Assembly: GCA_051294905.1 (NCBI GenBank)
Contig: CM119373.1
Location: 4,962,001-5,026,000 of the forward strand
Direction of reading: 5' to 3'
Source of the DNA: Botryllus schlosseri
Taxonomy: Eukaryota
Length of the DNA: 64,000 nucleotides
Shown here: positions 1-13,701 of the stretch, in pieces
Numbering within the stretch: the first letter of the stretch is position 1
Layout: every line of letters begins with the position of its first letter
Notes under the pieces: model-generated
What the model saw: the letters and a program-made list of their open reading frames with translations, nothing else
Told to the model about the DNA's origin: nothing
Database searches by the model: none
Made by a program: the position numbers and the translations under genes

Positions 1-1739
1 GACTCAAACCACAGTTGTGCTTCTTCGGTATACAATTCATAACAAACGTGCAACCAATACATGTTTCCCATGAACGAGATAGATTGGTTGTACATGGTAA
101 AACGAAGATACATCTGGCATTTATAGGACTGTATTTCAGTACAGATATGAAAACAGATATATTTCCCATCCTTACATAGCCGTCTTGAACTGATAACTTC
201 ACAAAAGCTCCAAACCAGTGACACGGTCAACACTACAGATAAAGATATGACGTAAACACCATGGTGAAACGTCAGTAGTAAGGAGAATTGACCCGAGGGG
301 CTTCGCGGGCAAGGAAGATCGCGATGAAGATGACCAAAATCGCTTGTAAAAGTGTTTTTATGTACTAACTAAACTATCATTTTGAACTTTGCAAAATAAG
401 TTTCAAAAAAAATGTCCAAATCTGAACAACCCTAATGAACAATATTCACTCGAAACAATATCACTTTTCCACTAAATCGACGTGTTATGTCATCGCTATA
501 TGAATGAGTGCCGAAATTCCAATACTTTGCATTCAAATCAACTCTGGCATCGCCCACTATTACTTACAAGGTAGGGTTATCATATTTTGGATTCGGGAAA
601 GGAGGACACTTATGGAAAATTTTCAGAAAGAGAATAGTGGATCAAGTAGAATCCTGAAAAAATGGTAAATTTTTCAGACTTCATGGTCGGTTGACTAAAA
701 AAAGGCCAACTTTCCAGCTCAACTCCGAAAATACAGTTTTTCTTTCACACTCAACATTGGTTGACTATTTGGTTGAAATTCCTCTCATTCGCACAAGTAC
801 GAACCGTCACACAGGTTGAACAGCACTTTATGCTGTAGTCGTTTTTCGGGATAACTGTAATTTCTTATCCACAACACGAATACCACCAGTCAGGGTTCCC
901 CATGAACATGACAAAATTCATGACATTCAAAATTGGTGTAGGGTTCGGGTACCGTAGGAAAATTCATCATCCCTAACCAAAATCCAACGGTACGCAAACC
1001 TAACCTGAACCCACAACTCCGCAGCTGACCCTAAAACATATATATTCATTATATTGTAATTTTACTAATCCCAAAACCATAATTTTACGATACCCTCAAA
1101 CCCTCATCTTATGATTCTCCAACCTGAATGCGAAACCAATTATGACCGCTCTGAATTTCGAAATGTTCAGAGGGCACACTGATTGGTGATGGTAATGTTT
1201 TATACATAACATAATAGGACATGATCTATTCCTGCCCTCAAGAAATAGAATACACTAGGCCCGATTAAGAGTAAAATCTCCTGACTGAACATCGTCCGTG
1301 GAACGCGGTATCTACACCACCTTGGCGTGTAAGACATATTTCCTTAATAACATCGTCTGACTATAGATAACTAACCTACGGTAGGTTAGTTATCTATAGT
1401 CTGACAACTATCCGAAGTTCGTCTTCTGCGTGACTGCCTAATCGCGTCGAGCAAGTGCGACGATGAAGTCATCGTGCTATGTAACGGGTTAAGCAATGAC
1501 CCGGAGCCGCGACAGCTGCAGCCGGATGTGTTTCTGGAAATTTCAATAAATTGCAGCTCCATTACGGTGGCGTTCTGAAGAAAACGGCTGCGGCCAAAAT
1601 TTTTTTTTCATTTTGCCCTTCAATTTGAAACCACATCATTTTTTGAGTGCAGTGCCCCTTTAAGCTTGAAGCTTTTCCAAATTATGGACAACCCTAATGT
1701 ACACGCGTGGTGCGTAATATCGATGGTACATGGTCAGTT

Positions 1740-4140
1740 CAGTTCTAATATATTCGGAACATGACGAAATGCGTTAATCCAATGGCAGCGGAATGTTGCT
1801 ACTTGTTGTCGGTCATTGACAGCGAATCGGGCGCGTTTAGGCGTGGTAACCCGAAACAAGCCATCAGCAAAGTGTCCGTGCCAACCTTTCGGTTCGTTGT
1901 GGTTCTCCTTCTCCAATGCCGTACGTTTTTCGATCCTGGCACGTTGTGACGAGCCTTCATCATCGGCGCTGGACTGTTCCGGCGTTGCAATCCGTAACAA
2001 GTCATCGCACACTTCTTTACGCCAGTCTCTGGATTCGTTGTCCGTCGTGATGTCCAATGCATACCGTTCGGCGGTCCTGGCGCGAGTTTTTGTTTGCAGG
2101 AATCCCTGGCCTGACTCTAGGTAGGGGAGAAGGCGTTTCATTGCTTGAGGTAGCGGTTTTCTCTAAGCTACATGGTGTGCAGCAGGCTATAGTACCCCAA
2201 GTGCGAAAAGATTTATCATCCAACCTCTTGGCTATTTTCACCTGATGTCCAAAAATACTGCAATTGTTTATCGCTTTGAACACGGTATCATGAAGTTGCA
2301 CGAAGTTAACCAGGGTGCTACGCCCATGAGAAAATCCAGACTAAGCGGCGTTGAGAAGGGAGTTCGATTCCAAGGGCCGACTCAAGCGCCTTGTTGCCAT
2401 AACCTACATTACTTTACTACATAAATGACTGGTCAGCGAAATGTGACGACAAGATTTAGCCATCGTCGGGGCCTTTCAATATGGGGACAACAACGGAGTA
2501 TTTCCAGGAGTCGAGAAGAGATAATCAAATGGAGGATATATCTTAGTGACTTGTCAGACAAGTGCTTCCGCATGGGCAGGCCGTGTTATTTTTAGCATGT
2601 GCCAAAACTGCCAAAAATAACTTATTTTTGGCATTTTTCGATTTTTATTTTTGGCAGTTTTGGCATCGTCCTCTAAATAGATAGTTTCAGCCTCGAATTA
2701 GTCACAAAAACGCTTTATTTGGGCTAGTTTGTCAAAAGACACCACAAAATGTGCAGCATCCACGTATAATCAGTACCAACATACAATAAGAAGAAAAAAC
2801 CTAACGATTTCATAGGCTAACAATATCAAACGAAACCACAAAATGTGCAGTATCCATCGGAATCGGTGCCAATAAGCAAAAAAAAAGAGAAAAGCCTAAC
2901 AAACACGCTCAATAGCTGATTGTTACAGCTGTTGAATAGACTTAAATCGTTCGCACTGTAACAGTGCTTCCAAACTCAGGTCAGCTAAATTTCTCCTAAA
3001 TTTATTTCTCGCCCAGCGAATCAGGGAAATATCCGCTTCAAACAGTAGCCGTTGAGGGAAAGAATGTTGCCAGTCATCCACAAAAGGTGTTCAGAGCTTC
3101 AAGACCTTTGGAGGGCCGAACCGGCTTCCATGCATCATGAAAAGAGATCACTTCGCCAGTGCCATCGATCTCATCGCGGAAAGAATTTTCTTCCCTATCC
3201 TTTTCCAGGAGTTTCCAGTGTTAATTGTCTCTCAACACATTCTATTTAGTAGCCCAACTATCATTTCTCCTTCAGTCTACCGATATATTTTCGGAGGACT
3301 TTCGTCACTTCAGGTGGCTTTAATGTTACCAACTCACATGGAAGAGTCCTGGGAAGGTTAGCTTGTTTATGAACATTGACGCAACAAGACTGTGTGGCAA
3401 AACGAGACTATGCCAGACAGTAGTTTGTTGCATCACAATGTTCAACTCGATCACAATGCAAAAATCGTGGTTGAATTTGGGGGTTCCAGTTCCATGAGCA
3501 CAATATAATTTATATTTTAATAATCAGTACTGCGGCAGCTTCTCATTGATACCCGTTATATCAAATTTAGCGCTCGACAAGCCAGTCAAAAATGGTCGTA
3601 AAATTGCCTTTGGACAAATGGAGAGTATGACGTAAACCCAATACAGTCAGCCGTTCAATCTCGCTGTGCCCACACCATTTGGGAAACCATGCTTTCACCC
3701 CTAATGGGTGGGCTGGACCCAGATTAAGAAACCTGCCTTTCACAAACGCTCTTCTCGCTTGTAACGCGATCCTGTTAACACAATACCACGAACGAAATAC
3801 ACTATTTGGCAGGCCGTGTTGTTTTTAACATATGCCAAAATTTGCTGATTTTTGGCATTTTCAAATTTTTATTTTTGGCAGTTTTGGCATCTGGCTCCTG
3901 AAATGCCAAAAATAACAAGGCCTGCACATGGGGTAAGCGATATCGTCCAAGCCCGGGCTGGTGTTTCCGCGAGACGAAATGGCTGATTTCAGTTCGGCCA
4001 TGGAAAAAGGGCAGTTAATGATATCGCTGTAAGGTGCTGAGAGACTGATGATTCGGGAGATTACTTGATCCTCGACCGCATCCTTCCTTGTTCGGAATGC
4101 TGACGTGTAATTGCTGTCACTGCTAACCGACGAAGGAAGT
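1740..4140 (-). pseudogene. Degenerate non-LTR retrotransposon RT fragment (I/Jockey-like), split by a hAT insertion at 2577-3924
   Basis: Minus-strand remnants PFSMAELKSAI..SPGLDDIAYPM, WKYSVVVPILK, RHISLTS and SGFSHGRST match the LINE RT N-terminal motifs. Stops and frameshifts are present. The reading continues across the hAT insertion (YPM|RKHL). Confidence 0.65.
2577..3924. mobile_element. Non-autonomous hAT-type DNA transposon
   Basis: TIRs CAGGCC(G/T)TGTTATTTTT. 8-bp TSD cgcatggg/cacatggg (7/8). Internal minus-strand remnant SSEHLLWMTGNIL resembles the hAT C-terminal dimerisation motif. Confidence 0.75.
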
Positions 4141-6758
4141 GCAAGGGCTAGAGAAGGGGTCACCAACCTTTTTGCAACCGAGGGCTACTTTTGCGTAATG
4201 ATTGAAGAGGAGGGCTACTATTTACTCCCGCCGTTTACCCATACCACACTGTATTTCCGTTTTGATATTCATAGCACTGGGCAGGACTGGACATCATGTT
4301 ATCTGTTTCTATAGCAGTCAGTGGGAAGCCTGGCATTGTATGATATCAACGAGTGCGCTGTACTCTGGTATGTAACTTGACACTGCAATTCTGAGTGAGT
4401 GTTCCAGATGTGCATTAATTAGGCGTGTTTTGTGTTTGTTTTTGATGAAGTTCATGTCCGGAAAGGCTGATTCACAACAATAAGTTGAACGATAGACGCT
4501 TGCTCTTCATAACTGCTGCGCATACACCACTGTACTTTTCCGTATATACAAGGCACCAAACGTTAGCTGCAGACAGAAGTGGGGGTCATTTTGCAGTGAT
4601 ACAATTTCAATCTCCAACTGTTCAGCATCCAGAAATGACAGGATTTCATTATACCGGACAGCAGCAACGATTACATAAAGTTAAAAACACGGTATACTAG
4701 AAAAAAACATGGTATACTAGACTGCGTTGAGTGTAATAGAAACACGCTGTGTCAAAAGATGCAATACGTAATAGGTATACAGATATTCAAAATCTGCTAG
4801 TAGGGAAGATGTGGTACCGATGGATTACTGGGACCGAAAATACTTTAAAAATTATCCATGTTTTAATTCCATGATTACACTCCGTGAATTCGCCTACAAT
4901 TACATGCTGACAGAATCTTTCCTCACATGCACAAAAATTCGACCTGCGTAAGCAATGGGGTCTATGACGAATGATTTACGTTTTAGGGGGTGTAAAGTAA
5001 ATTTTGATCGACATTTGCATTTTCCTATATCACCTTTCAGACTAACAAACCCGCCATAATTTTTGATGTGAAGTATAGGGCTTGTATCAGGGTATATATT
5101 GGCACGTATTTTTAGAATCAATACCATCCTCGAGTGGACTATTTTCAAGTCAATTACAATAATTATGGGGTGGGGGACCTATGGTACCATAGCCAAATCA
5201 AGAAAAATAGATGGACCAACTAATGACTTAACAACAGAAACTGGCCTACATATATATAGGCTGTAAATCATAGTTACCTGTGGTGTTTTATCGCTATTAC
5301 GAGGTATTTGAAAGTCAAAATGTCGATTTGCGGGTAATATGTATGAGGCATTAATTTCGTAACCTTAGGCGTAAATCAGAACATGATTTTATGCCAACAT
5401 TTGAGTTGATATAATCTATTTTATTCTTGAAGGTCGCGACGAAACATGGCTTGCTGTAGCTTACACTGTAAATCTAAAAGGTGGAAAAAATGGTAGGAAA
5501 ATTTATCCACCGTATCTCCACCACATATGGAGGAATTTAGAGGGTGGAAAGAGGGAGGAATGAATAGTCTAGCTGTAACACCAATGGGTTCTTCGGCGAT
5601 TGCACATTTCTACTGCTACGGCACAGTATTCATTATGTTTAAGGTGTTATTGATCTGTTCCATTTCGAAGGTAAATCTAACGCTGATTATATTTGACTTT
5701 TATGGTTATGACATGATCAATATAGCCGAGTTATTAGGAGTAGGCCTATGCCCGAAACCCGGGTGTACTGCTCCACTGCTATCAGATCAATCTTTGTAAC
5801 ATTCTTAAATTCTACCTGTGGTTGTGGTACGTGAACTGTCCACTAGCTGCAAAATTATAACGCGACAGCTTTTACGATGTCCTGATGCGTGTGTACTGTC
5901 GCATGGTGTCTACAACTAATTATTTTTGACAAACTATGCAAGGTAGGCTACAATAACAATTTTATTCAAATATTTAAAAATTTGATTTTTGTCGTGCCAA
6001 TCGTTGAATTCACAATAGTAAGCTAAATCACATTTTCATGCGTGTGGAATATGAGTCTGCAAGTCCCATCATATAAGGCCTACTTGGAAACACATTGAAT
6101 TTCCCTATTATTGGTGCTGCGGCCCGCGGCATCATCAAAAGTAGGAAATTGGCCCGCGAGGACATTTGAGTTTGAGACCTCTGATGTATATTATATAAAT
6201 TACCGTACATCCTACCATATCTTATTGTAATTTGAAAAAGGTAATCCAGGTCAGACATGGGGTGATTACTTTATGAATGTAATCGATTGCGATTACGATT
6301 ACTTCAGAATCACGCGATTACGATTACGATTACGATTACAGCAAAATCAGGAAGTAGTCGAGTACGATTACGATTACATTGGAAAAGTAATCACGATTAC
6401 TCACGATTACATTTGTTTTGCTTCTTAGGACTATAATCTTAAATGATATATTGGAAGACAATACAAGGATAGCGATGAAAAGGCCTAATGAGATATCAAC
6501 TCTCATCATACATCATGCGTCATTTGCTTATTACGTCATAATATACCAATTGCCCAACTTTATAGTGGATGATTTGTCGCATCCAACGATTTGCAGGTCT
6601 TTACCTGCCGCACCCCAAATTTCTTAATAGGGTGGGGAGCGTGCTCGAAGGGGACTCAAAAGTATTTCGTAAACCAACATAAATTATAGAGTATTTTCGA
6701 GAATTTAATTAATTCTTGAAAATGTTCTTCGAGCTTTGCGATTCAAATGTCTCTAGTA

Positions 6759-7240
6759 CAGGGGTCACCAACGCGGACCAAATGAGTCGCCCGCGGTCGC
6801 GGTAGCAAATATCCAAATGAGAGATTTGAAAATTGAAGCTGGTTTCATATGAGCAGCAGTTGAGCATGGGTCGGCCGACCCCAAGGAAGATACGAACGCA
6901 GTCGCTCGGGGCATTGCTTGTCTACGCCCACGCGGCGGCTCAACGGGAATCTATAGTCAATATTCCCGAGTCTCGACGCGGAGATTGGCGCTTCGGCGCG
7001 CACTGCAGCAACGCAACTGAGCCCGGAGGAGCTGGTGTGAGTCCCGGCGAGTGAGCGTTTTTTGTTCTTGGTAAGGGGCGGAAACCCGGCCCAGTGCTCT
7101 GATTGTCTTACTCTAAGTGAAGAAATCCAACTAAACACGGATAAACGGCAGGAGTAAGTGGCAACCCGCCGGTCGTCGCAATAATCAGTACACACTACAC
7201 AAGAAGTAGCTTTTTCTTTCAAAACGGTTGGTGACCCCTG
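6759..7240. mobile_element. hAT-type MITE nested in 6252-8726
   Basis: TIR CAGGGGTCACCAAC / GTTGGTGACCCCTG. TSD ctctagta/ctccagta (7/8). Confidence 0.7.
6841..7085 (+). pseudogene. Degraded 28S (LSU) rRNA fragment
   Basis: GGTTTCATATGAGCAGCAGTTGAGCATGGGTCGGCCGACCCCAAG resembles conserved 28S GGTTCCATGTGAACAGCAGTTGAACATGGGTCAGTCGGTCCTAAG. Downstream GGGAATC..AATATTCCCGA and TTTTGTTCTTGGTAAGG blocks are collinear with 28S. Many substitutions. Confidence 0.75.
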
Positions 7241-9319
7241 CTCCAGTAGATAGCTGAGTTTGAAATGCGTACCTCTTCCCCTCAAGAAAAAACATGCTTA
7301 GGCTATTTTATGGGAACTGGCATTTCGGAGCCGGTCATTACCGCGCCACGATCACACAACACACCAAAAGACATATGCAGTTTCGGCCAACACGCAACTC
7401 CACAGGATGTGATACCAAAGAAATACCTTGGCCGAAACTTAGGGTATTCGTCCATTGTCAATAGCCGCGCTGGGTGCGCGTGCAAATGCCACCGGGCGCA
7501 TCCACAAACGAATAAAGCCATGACAATTTGTGTGTGCGTCTCACAAAAGATATTCTTTTAGTCTGCTACGTTTGGGCGAGTACAATATCTTTTGATTATA
7601 CAACAGACTGGAGGTCGCGAATTAACAACATACAATAAAGTAATTATAGCAACATACCATATGCTATGATTATGAATTACGTGCCCCAGCTCTACAGGTA
7701 AATCTGACACTCGGGGCTGAGAGAGGTTATAAATGAATAGTAATATAATGCAATTACCAATATTATTGACGAAATTCAGATTTGAAAATTGACCAACGGT
7801 TGGATAGGGGGACGAATTGCTGTTTTGGCTGAATTGGCTGAATTGCTGATTCTAGCTACAGCCCACGCTAACATGTCAGGCTATATAAGCGGATGGTTAT
7901 GGCGGCAGGTCCAATTGCCAAGTAACGAACTGTGAAATAACGATTGACGCCCGTTTCAAGTAGTTATATGAGAATAAGATATAGTGAACATAAAAATTCT
8001 GCCTTCAACTTAATACATATACTGCGAGCTGCTGTTTCGAGAAACGGCTAAGCACGGCTCGGTTATGATATATATCAGCAGCTGTTTATTTGTAATGCTT
8101 CGTTGTGGAAACTGCAATGTTTTATTCGACGAGTACAAAATTCCGAATCTTCGTCAGGTGCACGTGCGTTCTTAGGCCACCTGCTCGCCAAGCAACAACG
8201 GTAAACTGCGTTTAACTAAGCACAACCAAACATCAATACATAAGTTACTATTTGAAACTATAGGCAGAGTGGTGATCAATATCCTGCTGCGAGGTAGGGG
8301 CTTCTGTAGTGTATTGATAACCTGATATACACCACGGGGGTGTTCTTACAATCACACTACTATGTTCATCGCATGTCTGTTTACTATGTGTGGAATGGGA
8401 TACTTCTTACGCAATGACGAGCGGAGCTAATACTTCTGACGGAATAATGAGTCAGTGTCGTTTGAAAACGGAAGTTTGTGCTATCGCTAACGTTGTATAT
8501 TATCTCATTCTTGTTCACGATTATTCAGTTTATGTCATAGTCCTTGTACAAACAAAAAGTAATCGTTCTTTCACAAAAAAAATCGATTAGATATGGGAAG
8601 TAGTCGATTACGATTACGATTACTTCGGATTTTTTTCGAATGTAATCGATTGCGATTACGATTACTTCAAAATGCTGTAATCGTCGTAATCGATTACGAT
8701 TACTAATCGCGATTACCCCATGTCTGATCCAGGTATTGAGTTTTAACTTCATGTTGAGGTAGTTCTTTGATATTGTCGGGTACGCTATTCCAAATATTTG
8801 GGCGCATATATTCAATGGACTGTTGGGTCAGTCTGGACTCCATGCGGTGAACATGAATATGACCAGATTCTGATGATCTAGTAGAATACCCATGCACAGT
8901 ACAAGATTGCCCAAACAAGCTATTGAAGTAAGGGGAGATATTGCCGTTTTCAAATTTATGCACCAGGTTGGCTATTTCATAATTATTCAAATCGGGTAAC
9001 TTGAGTAATTATCCTAAGAGCTAAAAAACCAGGAGGAGTAGCAGATGACCTAGAATCCATGCCACAAATATTTCTAAGGGCTCGATTTTGGATGACACAA
9101 ATTCTGTTTAAATCCGTCTGATTAGCCTTCACCTAATCCATAAAGCAGGTGAGGGTGAAATAATGAGAAATAAATGGTTATCAAGGTCTGTCTAGGGAGA
9201 GAATGTCTCAGTCTCGCTAGAATTCCGGCCATAGCAGATAGCTTTTTACAAAGATTGAAAATGTGGGCTTCCATTTAAGATTGGAGTCAATGATAATTCC
9301 CAGTTATCGTGTATGGGTT

Positions 9320-9596
9320 TGTTTGTTTTGGGGTATTCATGGTGTTTGTCGACTACTATGGTCATTTACATCAGGCCGATATTCTTCTTATTTTTCCGTA
9401 ACTGCCGATTTATAGCACGGCCCACCTCTGGGCTTTTGTAAGAAACCGCTGACGTGGATGAGGTGGCGAGGAGGAGCCTAGGTAAACATTCCAACACTTA
9501 GGTATCGGAATTCGGAAGTCGACCTCGGTCGGACTCGAATCCGCACCCATTAGTGTTGCAGCCGCGGATTATACCACTGCGCTATCTCGCCACTAC
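9320..9596 (-). mobile_element. tRNA-derived SINE
   Basis: Box A (TAGCGCAGTGG) and box B (GGATTCGAGTCC) in the head, (CAAA)n tail, 12-bp TSD CGTGTATGGGTT (9308-9319, 9597-9608). A second copy lies at ~49615-52090. Confidence 0.8.
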
Positions 9597-10185
9597 CGTG
9601 TATGGGTTGTGGTTGCTATAATGACGTCAGATACACATAGTGAAAAATCATGTGAGGGTAGCTTTACAATTGAAAACAAATACCTGGTTCTTAATTAGAT
9701 TAATTGGTTAGTCGGTTGGTTTTCTTCCAAGCAGCAGTCATCTTACAAATCTCGGAATTAGCTTTGGTTTGTACAGAGATCAAGTCTGTAGCAGATAAGT
9801 ACACAAGTATCATCAGGTCTCTAAAGGCTGCTGCACACTGGTTTCGCGACACGACTAAAACAGGTGATTCCCCGATCGTGGCAGTGGCGTAGAGATGCAC
9901 GCCGGTGTTGCGGGAGCTCTCTAGTGGCAGCCAGCGGTCGAAGCAGGATGGATTTTTCAGAAATATCAATGTTATGTAGTACTACATCAATTAACCACCT
10001 ACGGCACCTGGCAACGAGATAATTCTCTTTGTTTATCACTGAAAAAACGTCAACTAGCTTGTCTGTACCAGACTTTCTGCCAATATAACCACCATACACT
10101 CTGTGAATGTCGCAAAAGACCTCGTAAAATTTGTATAAATGATTTGGATCGTACAACGAAATATCAACAACATTTTATTTGTGTC

Positions 10186-11254
10186 CTACTCCTGGAAAAT
10201 GATGTCAGAAATCAATTTCAATTTTGCTTCGTCAATCGGCATTGACCGCAGCTGGTCGAAGCTGCTGTACCGATCCTGCGACTTGCCAATCTCTTCCGTT
10301 GACTTCTTTAGAAGCTTCACCATTTCCTCCTAAATATAAAAAAAGTTAACTGGTTATGCACCGAGTCTAGAAATATTACACATTTATATCCTAACACTGA
10401 TAAAAAATCAGCAAACTAATGATAACAACCCCTGAGCCATGGTAATTGTCTAAAAATCCTCTATAAAGTTGCATAGATCCCTATTAGTCTGCTTCGCTCT
10501 CAGCCGAATAGAACCCTTAGTAGATTTATGTATATTAATCCTAGTAGGCCTGTTGGAACTGAAACATCACTTGAACTCTGGTCTTCTCAGTGCCACGATA
10601 TGCTCGCTACTGGGATTATCATTATCTTTGCGCAAAGCACTCTCAGCACTAATATCTGGCTGCACTACATCTGCGTCTCCATCTGAAAGAATATGAATTG
10701 AGAAACGCAAGATATGGTTATATATTTACACCGAACATCACCACCATCACTGGAAAGGCACACGCTTGCGTCGGCATTATCCTCCGCAAAAACGAAGTTG
10801 TCGACGGTGCTAGAAAACAAATATTACACACATTAACCAATCTCTCTGTTTTCAGTGCAAAAATATTATGCTGCATTACCTCTTGTGTCTCACAACTTGA
10901 TCCAGAAACGACATTTGGGTATAATATACCCAATGCTATGGCACTGATGCTGCACTTCCACTCGGCACCTCACTGCGCTTGTTGTGTTTCCTCGAGTATT
11001 GAGTCCGCAAGCTGGTCCAGCGACGCTGGCACCTTTCAGTTTTAATGGTAAATTACAAATGGGGATATAATGCAATGGCCTGATGTAGACAGTCCATAAT
11101 CAAACTTACGGCACACAAGCAGATGAGAAGCGATATCTCTCCAGGCACTTTTAGTAACACTGTGATCTTTGTGCTGCTTAAGACTGGTATCCCAGATTGA
11201 TGTGTGTTGTGACACCAGATCAATCAAACGACGATTGAATTCATATTCCATCAT
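10186..11254 (-). pseudogene. Harbinger MADF/Myb-SANT DNA-binding protein gene (intron-containing, in-frame stop)
   Basis: LIDLVSQHTSIWD..HKD....SAWRDIA, then CQRRWTSLRTQY..SGS..W.YY..MSFL, with a TAG in the second exon. Exon boundaries are approximate. Confidence 0.75.
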
Positions 11255-11453
11255 TCAATAATGTACAGAATTTACGCTATGTTTGGACATTAAACTGGAC
11301 TGAAAAAGAAAATATGCCCAAAACACAATCAAATAATCACAATGCAAAGAAATTCCGGAAACAATGCAAGAATAAGATCATTGTTCTCAAATTCTCATCG
11401 TTTTCTTGACATTCACAATCAATGTTCGAACAATCCATGCTCAAATTAAATCC

Positions 11454-12500
11454 TCACTGCCATGGGACAGCCCCAACTGTAACAAAATAGTGCATCAACG
11501 AATTCCTATAATAATTACCTTCCCTTGTATAATTATTTGAGCCAAATCAATCCCAAGGATTCAAGTTGACGGCCTCTAGTAACACAGAACGCCAGCTTCC
11601 ATCAACCACACTTCCGTTGGGGTCAACAGTATCACCGTGTATACCAGTCGGGTTGATAATGGTTTCACAATATCCTTGGATATAATTGTGCAGGACTACT
11701 ACAGCAGCTTACACAATTACTTCAGCCCTCTCAATGTCACAGTTTATGGGGCGGTAGAAAATTTGAAACAGTAGATAGATATGTTGGTTCTGGAATAGCC
11801 AGAGAACCACTCATAAATTTTTGACCCATAGTGGAATTACTGAAGACTGCTCACCAGAACATAACGATATTTGGCATCACATACAGCGAGAAGGTCGAGA
11901 GAAAAATACCCTTTATAATTATAGTACTCGCTACCAGAGCTGATAGGAGCGCTAAGCCTGATATGCTTGCCATCCATAGCTCCAATGCAATTTGGATATT
12001 GCCAGGTGTTGGAAAACTCATTGGCTACCTCAGGCCACTTCTGGGATGATGGTGGAACAAGCACCTCTGGTAACAGGTTTTTCCAAATCGCTCGACAAAA
12101 TTCATCAATTATTGTGCCGACAGTGGTATGGCCAAGACGAAATGAGAATGACAAATCCTGCTGACTAGCACCGGTTATTAAGAATCTGTAAATGCAATCT
12201 TTGATTAGGCTACACATCTCTGTAACGCATCTAATGTTCTAGCTAACCTCAACGTCAAGATCAGTCTTCTTTGTGGAGAAACTGTTTTTCGAAATTTAGT
12301 ATCCTCGTGAGTAATTGCCTCCTTGACCATGTCCAATAATACATAAAATTGCTCCTTAGACATTCGGAAGTATCTATGACACATTTCTGGGTTACCATCA
12401 CTAGAGAGTAAATTCTCGGCCAGGAGAAACTTTGACTTCATGTCCCGTTCCGTCGAGAGCTCATGTGTCCAACACTACCTGCATTTCAAATAGACTCTTA
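11454..12500 (-). pseudogene. Harbinger (HARBI1/ALP1-like) DDE transposase, internally deleted
   Basis: Motifs YFRMS, LTLR|FLITG (joined by a 62-nt GT..AG intron at 12186-12247), PNCIGAMDGKH, YYNYKG, LHNYI and GAVPWQ. The segments carrying the later catalytic residues are missing. Confidence 0.85.
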
Positions 12501-13259
12501 AGAGGGATATTGCAACTTCAGAGACCTGTCGAAACTAGAAAAAAAATCTTCGAAGAGACTATACGCAATAAGGCCTTCCGAGTGGTATTCAAAACTTTTT
12601 TTCGCCTGCGATCCATTATAAAGTTAGGTTTAAACTACTATCTGTGAATTCTTCAATTTACACCAATGTATATTGTTAAGCAGACGGGTTATGTTGGGTC
12701 GTGATGAATTGAGCTAAATTTGATTAGCATGAGATTATAGGAGTTTCAAAGACCCTGATCTATGTGCATTCTGCACCGATCCGTGATATCAAACATCCAA
12801 TAATAATATAATGGTACAGCGCTTCAGACCTACACTACCGGTAATAATAAATATGATAAATACAACAACACAGAGCTTTTGAGCTATACACAGCCGGTAC
12901 ACGACTATGCCGCTACCGTTACCAGTGACATAAAAATAGCACTATTACATAGCCTTCACCGCAGTATGAGGAAATTTCTTCAACTAATACACCTGAAAAT
13001 ACTACGCAATGGCGACCTCGACTAGAGATCTGAAGTTCCGACGTTACCACGACTGAGCACGGAGCAGCGCAACTCACGACAAAGTTGAAAATTTTCAACT
13101 TTGTCGGCGAGTTGCGCAGCCCACTCGCCGACGCTTTGTTGCGTAGTTTGGCGACGCGGTGTGCATGGTTTTGTCAAAGACAGGCGCGATTCTCTCGTTT
13201 TGTCGTGTCGCCAGTGTGCAGCAGCCTTTAGATAATGCAGCAACATCATTGATATAAAG

Positions 13260-13701
13260 TAGGCTTACCATATTTTGGAAATCTAAAAAGAGGACACTTT
13301 TTCAGAAATTTCAGACTTGCAAAGCCGGACAAGAATTGTCAAAAACCGGTAAATTTTTCCCACTTTGTGATCGGTTGACTGAAAAAAAAGGTCATCTTTC
13401 CGCTCGGAGCTCATAATACCGTTTTCTCTCCGCATTGCCAGGTGGATGACTAAAAAAAAAAAAAGTCATCTTTTCGCTGTGAGCTAAAATCACCCTTTTT
13501 CACTCCGACTTACCGACCGGAGCTTCACTTCTGTGCTAATTTGCGGCATATCACACGCAATTTGCTCTAAATCTGACGAAAAATTTCAAAAATGAGGACA
13601 AAATCTCAAAAAAGAGAACAAAAGGGCGTCCTCGGAGGACACTTTCAAAAAAGTCAAAAATGAGGACAAATCCTCTTGAAAGAGGACGTATGGTAAGCCT
13701 A
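13260..13701. mobile_element. hAT-type MITE (TAGGCTTACCATA family)
   Basis: TIR TAGGCTTACCATA, perfect TSD ATATAAAG, subterminal GAGGAC repeats. Sister copy at 53390-53826. Confidence 0.85.

Larger units (their letters stand above)
6252..8726. mobile_element. Non-autonomous hAT-type element with (CGATTA)n subterminal repeats
   Basis: TIR CAGACATGGGGT / ACCCCATGTCTG. Perfect 8-bp TSD ATCCAGGT at 6244-6251 and 8727-8734. CGATTA arrays near both ends. Confidence 0.85.
9824..13228 (-). mobile_element. PIF/Harbinger DNA transposon (defective)
   Basis: TIR AAGGCTGCTGCACACTGG at both ends, flanked by TA (TWA-like target). Carries a DDE transposase and a MADF/Myb gene, the two-gene Harbinger layout. 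Confidence 0.9.

Noticed and set aside
6841..7085. Functional rRNA gene
   Set aside because: Short, heavily substituted and embedded in a MITE with no rDNA context.
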